From Alloascoidea hylecoeti (Eukaryota), in NCBI GenBank assembly GCA_001600815.1, contig BCKZ01000015.1:124001-188000 (forward strand): 64,000 bases of DNA. The letters are read 5' to 3'. How positions within the stretch are numbered: the first letter of the stretch is position 1; each line of letters begins with the position of its first letter. The translations under genes and the position numbers were made by a program. The notes beneath the pieces are model-generated. The model worked only from the letters and a program-made list of their open reading frames with translations. It was not told the origin of the DNA and searched no databases. This document shows positions 46,062 through 58,000 of the stretch, piece by piece.

Positions 46062-47967
46062 TTATTTAGCACCAACTAATTTAGAAAAAGCTTCAGTTGA
46101 GAAAGATTTTGGTCTTTCAATTGGAGCACCAACAGCTCTATCAATAATTAATTGTGGTAAGACACCAAAAGCACGAGAAATACCAAACAAAACAGTATAA
46201 TATGAAGATTCAGTTAATCCGTAATATTGTAATAAAACACCAGAATGAGAATCCACATTTGGCCATGGGTTTTTAGTTTTACCATGTTTAGTTAAAACAC
46301 CTGGAGCAACTTCATAAATATCAGAAACAAGTTTAAATAAATCAAAATCAGGTAAATGTTTCAAAGCAAATTCACGTTGAGCAGTATATCTTGGATCAGT
46401 TTTTCTTAAAACAGCATGTCCATAACCTGGAACAACACGGCCAGAATTTAAAGTATCCCATAAGAATTTCTCAATATCAGCTTTTGTATAATTAGATGGA
46501 AGTTGACCCTTCATGTTTTGTAACCATTCTAAAACTTCTTGATTTGCACGTCCGTGTAATGGACCAGCAAGACCATTCAAACCAGCAGCTAAGGATAAAA
46601 ATGGAGAAGATAAAGCAGAGCCAACTAAATGAGTAGTATGGGCAGAAACATTACCACCTTCATGATCAGAATGGATTGTCAAATATAAACGCATCAAATC
46701 AACAAATTCTGCATTTGCACCATATCCAAGTAAAGAAGCTAAATTTTTACCATAATCAGCATTTGGATCTAAAGCAGCAACTTTACCATCTTTGAAAACA
46801 TTTCTATAAATTCTAGCAGCAATTGGAACCAATTTAGCTAAAAGATCAATTGAATCTTCATAAGCATAATTCCATAATTCTCTCTTATTAACACCTTTTT
46901 CATAAGCTTTTGCAAAAGCAGATTCAGATTCCAAAGCAGTAACACCAATGGAGAATTGTGCCATTGGATGTAAGTTTGTAGGAGATCTGTCCAATAATTC
47001 TTCAACATGGGCAGGTAATTGAGCTCTAGCAGCAAATTCAGCACTTAAAGCTTTAACTTGAGATTCAGTTGGGACTTCACCAGTTAATAATAACCAGAAA
47101 AGACCTTCAGGTAATGGTTCAGTTCCACCTGGAGCTCTAGGTAATTCAGCTTGAATTTCAGGAATAGTTTTACCTCTGAATCTAATACCTTCTTCAGAAT
47201 CTAAAACAGAACCTTCCCAAACAAGGCCTTTGATACCTCTCATACCACCATAGGCTTGTTCAAGTAAAACTTCACCGATAACCTAGACAAAAAGTAATAA
47301 ATTAGTCAACTGATAATTTTTCCATAATTAAAATATTTTTGTTAAGACTATTATAATTTGAACATACAGTTTTTCCGTAATCTTTCTTTAATTTTTTAAT
47401 TTCTTCAATTTTTTCTGGCAAAAGTTCAGCAAATCTTTCTTTTAAAGTCTAAAATATTAAAATAATATTGGTTAGTTTTACTATATTCGGAATTTGAAAC
47501 GTAATGCACGGGCCCATAAGAGGAAGGAACCGTTGAATCTCGTTACTCCATGATACATTTGATGAAAGTGAATCAAATAGAACAATGGAACAAAATCTAT
47601 AACTGACTCATTATTTTATATGACTATTCACAATAATCAATGTATGTAAACAGGCAATATTGAAAATAATGATAGATTTGCAATTGAGCAATAAAAATTC
47701 GTAAACAAACAAAAAAAAAGGGTGAAAAACGAAAAATGAAAAATGAGGAACAAAAAAGGAAAGATGAAGAGGAACAAGAGAGAAACTTCGGTGGATTTGA
47801 GAGATTCAAGGAAAACGTTGAGACAAAAGAAATTGAATACATACTGGCTCTTTAGCGGTAGAGTATGCTCTCAAAGTGTTGAAGGCAACAGAAGGAGCAA
47901 CTCTAATTGAAGAAGAAGCTGTGGCAGAAACTCTGGCAGAAACCCTGGTGGCTAAACGGAAAGACAT
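46062..47967 (-). CDS. CIT1: Mitochondrial citrate synthase; exons 47967-47845, 47448-47368 and 47282-46062
   Basis: Exon 1 is an Arg/Ser/Ala-rich presequence. [35 protein letters not shown] and PNVDSHSG are present; both introns start GTATGT and are phase 0. Confidence 0.97.
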
Positions 47968-50900
47968 GATAATAAATAAGATGAAAAAACAGAAAGTAAA
48001 AAAGAAGAAAAGAAATAAAATCCGGGGATCTATGGCTTAAATAATGTCTGCAGGAGGTTTGGATTTCTGCACGCGCTGTAAAGATTACCCGGATACAAAG
48101 CGATCACTAGGTTGGGTTTCAAGGGTCATTAGGTCCGTTAGGGTTCATTTGGCCACTAGCTACTACATGGGTCCGTCCCACTGGCCCGCTATACCCGTCA
48201 TTATTGCTGCTCATACCGCTAGTCAGGGACATCCACGGTGCTGGCGAGTTGAAACAGTCCCGTGAACAATAAGAGAATTTCAAATCCACAAAAACATGGT
48301 GTACTTTTCAAACCAACTTTAAATCTTTGAAGTTTCCGAAGTGCGCTTTTGTTGATACTTGCACTTTTAGCGGATTGTCATTGGCTGTTGTATCGTGGGG
48401 TCAAGAAACTTAAAACGGGCCTCTGGGTTATTTATTTTAAATTTGTTTGTTCTGTTGCGAATATATATGCATGTTCATGCCAGCCTATTTTACGATATGC
48501 ATATTTGATATACTTTTTGACGTATCGTATCTTCCAATGCATATAAAACAATTAATTTGGACCCACTATACCCCCCATTTGGTATGTGGGGGAGGGGCAA
48601 TATATTTCCTATAATGTTTAGAATCCTCCATTATAAATACTGGTGCACTTCCTCTTGTTCAACGGTGTGGTAATCGTTATCAGGGTCTACTTACTAACAT
48701 AATTATATTATCAAAAATGGTAACCGGTTAAACCGACGTAATCTCGTATAACTTATCAGGTACTTCTAGCTGTAGAATTATATGACATTTGAATTTATAT
48801 TCGCGGGTAGTCGGCTACTATTAATTAATATCCACCAATTATACAGATTCAAATGGTCACAAAATTTTGGAAATTTCCCGCGGCCGCGGACCGTTGCTGT
48901 TTTTCCATCGCAATGTTAATTATTCATAATTAATCAGAATTGGATTGAGAATTTCGTTTTATATTACCTTGTTCTAGCGATGATGTATTATAAATCTCAT
49001 TTCGGATGTACACGCGTATTCATACTTAAGCTGTAAACGTATATTTCACTAAAATTTATTTAAAGGTTTGCAATTGAATTCTCGACTGTCCACAAATTCA
49101 CTAAAATTCTTAGTTATAACTTGCAACTTTAGAATTGTATAAATATACAGTTGCAACCATACATATATGGCACAATTATAATGTTAAAGTTTTTGTGGGG
49201 ATTTTACGTAGAAAATTTGTATAATAAATGGAACGACATTGTAATTGGCCAGAGATCTTATTGATTAACTGATCTTAATTAGTTTAATCGTTAATATTAA
49301 TATAATTATTTAACGTTCCAAGCATATTTGAATGTTTACAGACACATGTGTATAATTAGTTGCAATCGGCTTAAACTTCAACAATATAATAGCAACAATT
49401 TCAATTACAAATGGTTTATAATTAAATATCGCGATGTAACCTTAAAATTGATATAAAATATAGAAGATTAGGCAATGGGGGCACTAATAATATAACTGGT
49501 TTCTCAATCATCAATAAACGTTCTATAAATTTCAATTGTGGGGATATACCTTTAATATTAGGCTTTGAGAAATAGAGTCGAAGTATAATGTTCTCTACTA
49601 AATATATGTAAGGGTTATAATGGACAAATTTCACTCCGGTTGGTTTCGGCATTTCGGCATTTATGATCAATATCAGTTAAATAGGTTGTAATTGTTTTAT
49701 TAGCCGATGTTATACTCTCAATATTAATTGTAAATCCTTATTCCTTAGATTAGAACTACTATAAGGCAGCATTACAGTTACGTATATGTATTAAATCAAT
49801 TTGAATCATGTCCTTACTGATTTATTAAACATTGAATCAATTGGATCGATTAATCAAGCTGTGGGTAATATATGAACTATGTTCACATTTGCGAAAGTCA
49901 TTTACTCCTAGATTGAAATGTCAGTCATGCGATTGTCTTGATTAAGCTCTCTCAAAATTTGTTGTCAATCATTGATAAGAAGCTTGCAAGCACCTCGGTG
50001 CCGATAATGAATACGAAATATGACACTATATGTTGAAGCATTATAGAAATAATATTTATTAATCATTGTATATTTTATATAATTATATATTCAATCTTTT
50101 AATATAAAAGAAGGCAAGATTCACTTTTGGATTTGGTTCTTCGCTCTATTTTACTAAAATTTTTTATTTACATTTTATTTGGTGAACTAAACATACTACG
50201 AAACATTGTAGTTAACCGCTCCACATTCTCCTTGAAAAAACGAAGATAAAGTCAAGAAGTTATTAGATCAGTTCAATTTTTGTAAAAAAGTGGAAGCATA
50301 CATTAATACACCTTGTTTTCTCTTGAATAATTCTCTGACGACCAGGTTGTTTCCAAACAAATCTGTGAAATTTCTGTGTCACCATTAGGCTCACCAATGA
50401 CTCATCATAGTTCCTTTTACCCTCTTAGTATGATAGGATGATCATTAAAACTATATTCACAGTTACAAAATTATTCTAGCTATAGTATACTAGTAGGCGA
50501 TATAAGTTATATGATTATTATGATTATATCTATGTAATCTAATCGGATGGAAGGACATTAATATTTGCCATGTAGCGCTATACCATATGGCATGGTAGAA
50601 CATATTTCATATTTCCATTACTCAATAACAGTAATCACTTTAATATATGTATAGTTCTGGTTAAATTCAATCATGTTATTTGGTTCTCTGGTCTAAGTGG
50701 TCTTTCAGGTACATTTCAATGCATAGGTTATATGTTAACGTTCGACAAAGGATCACGTTCGTTCTATACCCACCGTATTGCATACTCCCGATAACAACTC
50801 AACCCTTGCAAGTATTACATAATCAGCAATAAAAATGACGACACACAAAATATTCCCCAGATTCTGATCTGTCATCTGAGGTTGATATATGGAAGATAAT

Positions 50901-51333
50901 ACTATTGATATTCAAGATCTATCATCCCCACCAAACACAAATACTAAGATAAAATTAAATTAGATTGTGCTGGGAGGCATTAAAACATATTTAACAACAA
51001 TACAAATTCACTCACAAATATTTATTTAAACTCGTTAAAATATAATATACTCACAAAAGTTTTTATCTCCGAAGATATCAATTACAAAAAACCGGAAATA
51101 AGGATTGAAAGCCTTTTTAACCGCAAAAATATCCAATTGCAAAAATTTTAACCTTTTTGATCCATCGATTTGTTAGCCGCTGAGTTCATTGCTATTCTAT
51201 TCACAATCGTTACACAAACTAACACAAACTTCCATTGCAACAAAATTATAATCACTACCGCACCTGAAACGGTGGACACTAGATTAACCAATAATATATT
51301 TCAACGGATACATTGAATCCTGTGACCATCGAT

Positions 51334-52080
51334 ATGCAAACAAAAATGTTCTTAATGGAGATACGGAATAAATTATTTGGGATACTAAGTTCTCAATTTC
51401 GATCACAAGTTGAAAATGAAAGCATTAAATGTCATTCAAATATGAATTCAAATTATAATATCGATTGTGGCGCCAGATCACACATATCCGACAGTTGCAA
51501 TTCCGATTGGGAACGTGGTCCTGAACAGAAATATTTTACTCAAAGATACCAAGAGCAACAACACATTATAAAATACCCTCAAGTTACAGATGATGATGTT
51601 AAAAAATGGATCAATGACTCAACAATATTAATGAGGCAATATTTAGAGATTAAATGGGACACTATGAAAAGACTAGCTAGGATATGCGGTGTTCTTCCAA
51701 TGAATAACTCCACATGTAGTGATGGTTGCTTAAACAAGGAAGATCTAGAAGAAATTCAAAGCCCATTATATGTTTCAGACTCTACAGTATTGGATATACC
51801 GACCATTTCATGTTCATGTAGTGAAAGTCATAGAAGAAACCTTATACCTGATTGTAAAGATACAATTTGTCCACATTGCGAAGAAGCGAGGCATGCGATG
51901 ACATACCTTATTGAAGCAACTCCTCGATTTTTCGGCGAAGTTACCCCACAATTGTTTGAGCATATATGGGATAGATTTGTTTTTCCACTTCTAACGAAAC
52001 CAAAGAGATTGCCAATGTTTTATCTAATTCTGATAGCTTTTATTGGAGTTTTCATAGCAAATGGTATTTCTTTATATTAG
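51334..52080 (+). CDS. Uncharacterised Cys-rich protein with a C-terminal transmembrane segment
   Basis: 248-aa ORF from the first ATG; CSC...CKDTICPHC cluster; hydrophobic tail MFYLILIAFIGVFIANGISLY. Confidence 0.6.
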   Translation: MQTKMFLMEIRNKLFGILSSQFRSQVENESIKCHSNMNSNYNIDCGARSHISDSCNSDWERGPEQKYFTQRYQEQQHIIKYPQVTDDDVKKWINDSTILMRQYLEIKWDTMKRLARICGVLPMNNSTCSDGCLNKEDLEEIQSPLYVSDSTVLDIPTISCSCSESHRRNLIPDCKDTICPHCEEARHAMTYLIEATPRFFGEVTPQLFEHIWDRFVFPLLTKPKRLPMFYLILIAFIGVFIANGISLY

Positions 52081-52541
52081 ATTAGAATTTATTTAAATCA
52101 ATAAAGTGAAAAATTATTTTATATATTGATTTTGTCCAGGCTTATTACAAATAAAACAAATATCCTATTCTATATAAAAATAACATCCTATTTCATTCAG
52201 TCAAACAAAACAAATCGATATGTGGAGATATTTTCATTTTGTCAATTTGTCACTGGCGAATATTAAAATATCATATTAATATTCAACGTAATTGATATTA
52301 TATATCCTATATGATATGTTATAAATTAAATGTATATCACGGATGCAGAATCATAAACATTGTTGAAAATTGCATGTGATAGTGATTTATTCCAACAAAA
52401 TCGGTATGATCTCCTTAACCTTATATTAAAAACGAATCTAAAAGTATATCAAAAAGTGGTTTATATGTAGAGCTTAAAAGAAAAAGATGTGAATGTGTTT
52501 GTCACTGTCGCTTAATTTATTATAATGGATTATTAATATTA

Positions 52542-52574
52542 TGATAATGATAATGATAATGATAATGATAATGA
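52542..52574. repeat. (TGATAA)5 microsatellite upstream of HNM1
   Basis: Five perfect TGATAA units plus TGA. Confidence 0.85.
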
Positions 52575-53066
52575 CCATGATACTTTTTTTTTACTATTTT
52601 TATTTATCTCGAGCCCCACCTGATCCTAGTCGAATAGAATCTTGATTTATTCATTATCTTATAATTTTCTGAGTATTTTGTTAGCTGTCAATGAATTTTT
52701 CAAGAAAAGTGAGATCCAACGCTGGCCATGTGCATAGTTGTTGGATTTTTATATTTTTCACGATATGCTTGGTAAATTCCTGCCGAAGCAATTACAGATC
52801 AGACCCCGGCCCATAAGCATATGCATGGCATTGAAAAATTCCGTATAAAGTAATATCGAGGTATGCATATACCGTATTTATAAATATTATCCTTTCATTA
52901 CATATTTCCTGCATATATACAAGGATAAATGATACAGCTTTCGCTAAAATATTAAATTTTTCACATCTCCAATTTTAGTTCTTAAAACCTTAAACTTCCC
53001 ATCAATAAAATACTTAAATAATACTCTCATCTTCTTCATTTTCACTAGTATGAAATAGTCATCAAA

Positions 53067-54650
53067 ATGGAAAATAACTTGACATATACAACATCAAAAA
53101 ACTTAGATTCTAAAAATGATGGGGTTGATCAACAACAATCAAATGTAGCAGGTGATGTGAAGGTAACTAAGTTAAAGCAATCATTTTCCATATGGTCTGT
53201 TCTTGGTGTTGGTTTTGGTCTAACAAACTCTTGGTTTGGTATATCTGCTTCTCTCGTCACAGGTATATCTTCAGGTGGTCCTTTGTTAATTGTTTATGGA
53301 ATCATTATTGTTGCCGCTATTTCTACTTGTATTGGAGTTACACTGTCGGAGTTAAGTTCAGCATATCCAAATTCTGGTGGTCAGTATTATTGGACAACTA
53401 AGTTAGGTGGAAGAAGATTTGGACCTTTTTTATCATATATGTGTGGTTCATTATCTGTTGCTGGTGCAATCTTCACAAGTGCTTCAACCAATTTATCAAG
53501 TGCTGCAATATTGGTTGGTTTCTATGCCATGGGTAGGGAAGATTTTGTGGTAAAAAAATGGATGGTATTTGTTTGTTTTGAATGTCTTACTGTCTTCACT
53601 TTTTGTTTCAATTGTTATGGTAGAATTTTACCACATGTTGCAAAAGTCGCGCTATATACTTCTTTGTTTTCATTTGGTGTTATTACTATTACTGTTTTAG
53701 CATGTTCAAGTGGTAATTACAACTCTGCACACTTTGTATTTGCAGAATTTAATAATGCAACTGGTTGGAAATCAGCGGGAATTGCATTTATTGTGGGTCT
53801 AATTAATCCAAACTGGGCGTTTTCATGTTTAGATTCTGCTACACATTTAGCCGAAGAAGTTGCACAACCAGAACGTATAATACCAATTAGTATTATGGGC
53901 ACAGTTGCCATTGGTTTCATTACATCATTTTGCTACTCTATTTCAATGTTTTTTTCAATTAGAAATTTAAGTGAAATTTTAAGCTCAAATACTGGTGTCC
54001 CAATCTTAGATATTTACTACCAATCTTTACAGAGTAGAGCTGGGGCTTTATGTCTTGGTACTTTAGTATTTCTAACAGGTTTAGGATGTAATATATCATG
54101 TCATACCTGGCAGGCACGATTAGTTTGGTCTTTTAGTAGAGATCGGGGACTTCCTGGTCATAAACATTGGGCTAAGATTCATCCTACTTTAGGTGTTCCA
54201 TTAAATGCCCATATTATGGCGTGCGTTCTTGTTTTAATTCTGGGTTGTTTATATATGGCATCGGATACTGCTTTTAATTCAATGGTTACTGGCTGTATTG
54301 AGTTCTTATTGCTTTCATATGTTGTACCAACAGTTTGCTTACTTTATAGAGGAAGAGATAGTATAAAGCATGGCCCTTTTTGGCTTGGTAAAATTGGGTT
54401 ATTTGCTAATGTGGTGCTTATTGCATGGACGATATTCACAATGATTTTCTTTTGTTTCCCATTTACTATGCCAGTAACAAAAGATAATATGAATTATGCT
54501 TCTGTTGTGATTTTTGGATATGTTTTATATTGTGTCATTTATTGGAAAGTCCAAGGGAAAAAGACATTTATTACTCATGAAGAAATGATGGAACGAGATT
54601 CAATTAAAGAAGATGTTACAAGTACTGATGAATCATTAGTATTTCCTTAA
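53067..54650 (+). CDS. HNM1: Choline/ethanolamine transporter, APC superfamily
   Basis: FSIWSVLGVGFGLTNSWFGIS, GGQYYW, GLINPNWAFSCLDSATHLAEE, HTWQARLVWSFSRD and HGPFWLGK, with about 12 hydrophobic segments. Confidence 0.9.
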   Translation: MENNLTYTTSKNLDSKNDGVDQQQSNVAGDVKVTKLKQSFSIWSVLGVGFGLTNSWFGISASLVTGISSGGPLLIVYGIIIVAAISTCIGVTLSELSSAYPNSGGQYYWTTKLGGRRFGPFLSYMCGSLSVAGAIFTSASTNLSSAAILVGFYAMGREDFVVKKWMVFVCFECLTVFTFCFNCYGRILPHVAKVALYTSLFSFGVITITVLACSSGNYNSAHFVFAEFNNATGWKSAGIAFIVGLINPNWAFSCLDSATHLAEEVAQPERIIPISIMGTVAIGFITSFCYSISMFFSIRNLSEILSSNTGVPILDIYYQSLQSRAGALCLGTLVFLTGLGCNISCHTWQARLVWSFSRDRGLPGHKHWAKIHPTLGVPLNAHIMACVLVLILGCLYMASDTAFNSMVTGCIEFLLLSYVVPTVCLLYRGRDSIKHGPFWLGKIGLFANVVLIAWTIFTMIFFCFPFTMPVTKDNMNYASVVIFGYVLYCVIYWKVQGKKTFITHEEMMERDSIKEDVTSTDESLVFP

Positions 54651-55037
54651 TTTTTTTATTTTATTTTATTTTCCTATTTGAATGGCTTGTTAAACATTTG
54701 AATTTTTTTTTATTTTCTTATTTGAATGAACTCGTTAATTAACTTAGCATTTGAATTTTTTACATTAGTTTATTTCTAATATTATTAACATTATAGAAAA
54801 TGTAAGGGTGTATTGTAGATAGCGGCCATACACAATTACAACCAACTAACTTCACTTCTTCAACCCATTTTTTATTCTTTTAATTTTGTATTTTTGGTTA
54901 CAAAAGTTCTTGGAATTAATTATATATTAATTTAGAATATAAGGGGATCCAATTACTCTCTCGGATTTTGATTTTTTTTGAACATTTATTGACGTTTTAT
55001 TTTTGCTTTTTTTATCATCATTGTATGTCTACAACTA

Positions 55038-58000
55038 ATGCAGTGGCATGAACCAACATCCAAAAGTTCTACGAATGAGGACAATGAAAGTGTCAATACC
55101 AATAAAACAATGGTGAATGGTGATACCGGCCGAGAATTACAAGAAATAACAAAGTTTGACGGTGTTATGCCTGGTATAGTGATTACTACACATTTAACCA
55201 CAACTCCTACACACGAAATAGGAAATAATGATGCGAAACATGAGACTTCAAACAAGGTGGAAAACGGAAACAAATTTAATCAGGAGATAGAAAATTTGGA
55301 CGAATACAATGACGATGCGAGTACTGCTGAATTAGTCTCACAACTTGAAAGTGGCGATGATATAGATGAACCATCATCCATAAACAATCGAGATATAAAG
55401 TTAAAGCCAAACGAACAACATTTGTCTGTAATGGACCCATTACTATCACCACAAGGAGAAATGGCTAAAATGAGCGATCTAAGCGATGAAGACGTTCCTC
55501 CAGATATTTCAATCTCAATGCTCTCAAATCCAATTGTATGTATTATCATTAAATACAAATTTAAAATTAAAAATACCTTAATTGAACTTCCACTAATTTT
55601 CATTCTAAAATCATTTTTATATATAGAACACGCTAATTAAAAGACCATCAACTCCAACTTTACAAGTATCGAGGATAACTTCGCCACAGGGCTCCATTCA
55701 GAGTGTATTATCACCCCAATCTCGACGGCGGATGTTTGATGATAGAGCACAAACCCGAATCGGCTCACTTTCAAGTATAAGATCACCTAAAAATGCTCCA
55801 AGTTTTATCAATGAATTAAAATCTCCTGTGTCATCAATAAATGAATTTTCTTCGATTAATATGAGTACAGCGGGAACAGGCTCAAGTACTAATCTTGGGC
55901 TGCTAAATGCATCATCTAATGGGAATTTACAACCTTGGGATACAATGAGATGGATTAAACTACGAAAAATATCAAGACAAATATATTCAGAAACATCGAC
56001 TTTATTATACGGAACACCTACCTGTGTTTTACCGTCTGCTTTTATATGCATTGGGACATCAAAGGGGTTCATATTAATTTTTGATTATCATCAATCATTG
56101 AAAGTTATTTTAGGAAAGGATACAATTTCAGTTGAAAGTGGGGCTGTTAGTGCCTTAGCTGTTTCTGCTGATTCTCTGTATCTGGCGACAGGTTATGACT
56201 CAGGCCGTATTTTAACCTGGGATTTTGAAAACTCTTTAAAGCCGATATTACAGATTAATCCAATAACGGATGCTTCAAAAATTGTGACAGCAAATAAACA
56301 GGGTCACCTTGAAGGCTCAAAAATACATCAATTGGGGTTTATTGGTAAAAGGCATAGTGCATTGGTCTCGGCTGATGTTAAAGGAATGGCCTTTTATCAT
56401 GAATCTTCAAGGACAATAATTGGGAGGAAAACTCGGACTGTACGGATATTGGGGAGATATATCAATATTATTGAACAACCAGAGTTACAAGAATTGAGTT
56501 CAAAGAGACCAAGAAAGCCTACAACTGTATTTGCATGTGCTCCATTACCGCTAGGAACTGCAGTTCAAGCAATGGATAGTATGGGACTCGTAGCCCTTAT
56601 GACCCCCTATATTTTGGTGATAGTATCTACAAATCCGACCCCCCGAACGCAGTTTAAAGTAGGAAGACCTAAGAATATGATTGACAGCTCTGGGTTTACA
56701 GGATGCTTTGCATGGTTACCAGCTCTTAGACCAAAATCAAACGAAACAAATGCCGTCGGATCATCAGAAGAGCATCCCAAATTAGCATACTGTTGGTCGA
56801 ATGTTTTAACCATTTTGGATGTTGAAGAAAGCGACGTTGGTAACAGTGAGCCTACGCTTTCTTTTACTTCAAAGAAAAGGTGGGTTGCACCCGAATCTAT
56901 CGTTTCAATTCAATGGTCGAACACAAAAATCCTCATGTTACTCACAGTAGCGCAACAATTGATAATTTTAAATGAAACAACTTTACAAGTAGCTGCAACA
57001 GTTGATTTATTACCTAAACATGTTCTACATTTTGATTTTTTCAGTCCTCAATTGCACGATCTACAATTAAAGCCACATTCGAATTCTATAGAACCACATC
57101 ATCTAGCAATAGCGGATTGTTATTTCAATTGTTTCCGGTGCTTTAAAGGAAGATTATTTTTATTAGGTAAATATGAGTTTGTTAGCGGTGTATTATCAAA
57201 CTGGGCTGATAGATTACTTGATATTATGACGAAAGGGGACTATGTTACGGCTATTAATCTTGCGTTGAAGTATTATCGTGGGGTGGGTGATTTAGCAGTT
57301 GTTGGTCTTTCACAACAAGATGAAATTCGACATAAGGTTGTTCATGATAATTTATTAGAAATGGTTGTTGCATCATTACAATATGCAATGGGTCATAACA
57401 AATTAACAGTAAATGTTACCGATGATTATAATACCAGCAATAATAATAATAATTACAACATTAAGAATGGAGATGAATCAGATATTGCAAGATTGCTAAA
57501 TGCTTGTTTTGAAGCCTGTATTGAAATCGATGCTGAAGGTTTTCTATTTCAACAAATCTATGAATTATTTGAAAATTCTGGAAGAAAAGAATTATTTTTT
57601 AATATTTTAGAATCATTTGTTTTGGAACAAAGGATACAGACTTTACCACCAACGGTTTTAAGTGATTTGGTTACATTTTACATATCAATCGGTAAAAGTG
57701 ATACATTAGAAGAATTAATTGTTTCAATTGATATCACAACACTGGATATAGATATGACACTAGGAATTTGTTTAAAATATCATTTAACAGATACAAAATG
57801 TTATATATGGAATAGTATATTTCAAGATTATGTTACTCCATTCTCAGATTTTATTAATATAATATATCGTTCAAATTGGGCGAAAAACAGCAAACAAAAT
57901 ATATCAATTGAAGAAATGGAAAATATTTACGAAGCTGACAAAATATATTCTTATCTTTCTTTTATTTTAACAGGTCGACAATATCCAAAGGAATCACTTA

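Noticed and set aside
46050..46085. Cryptic PTS1 in citrate synthase (internal SKL or stop readthrough)
   Set aside because: SKL is followed by VGAK, and readthrough of the TAA would add IQS-stop, which is not a PTS1.
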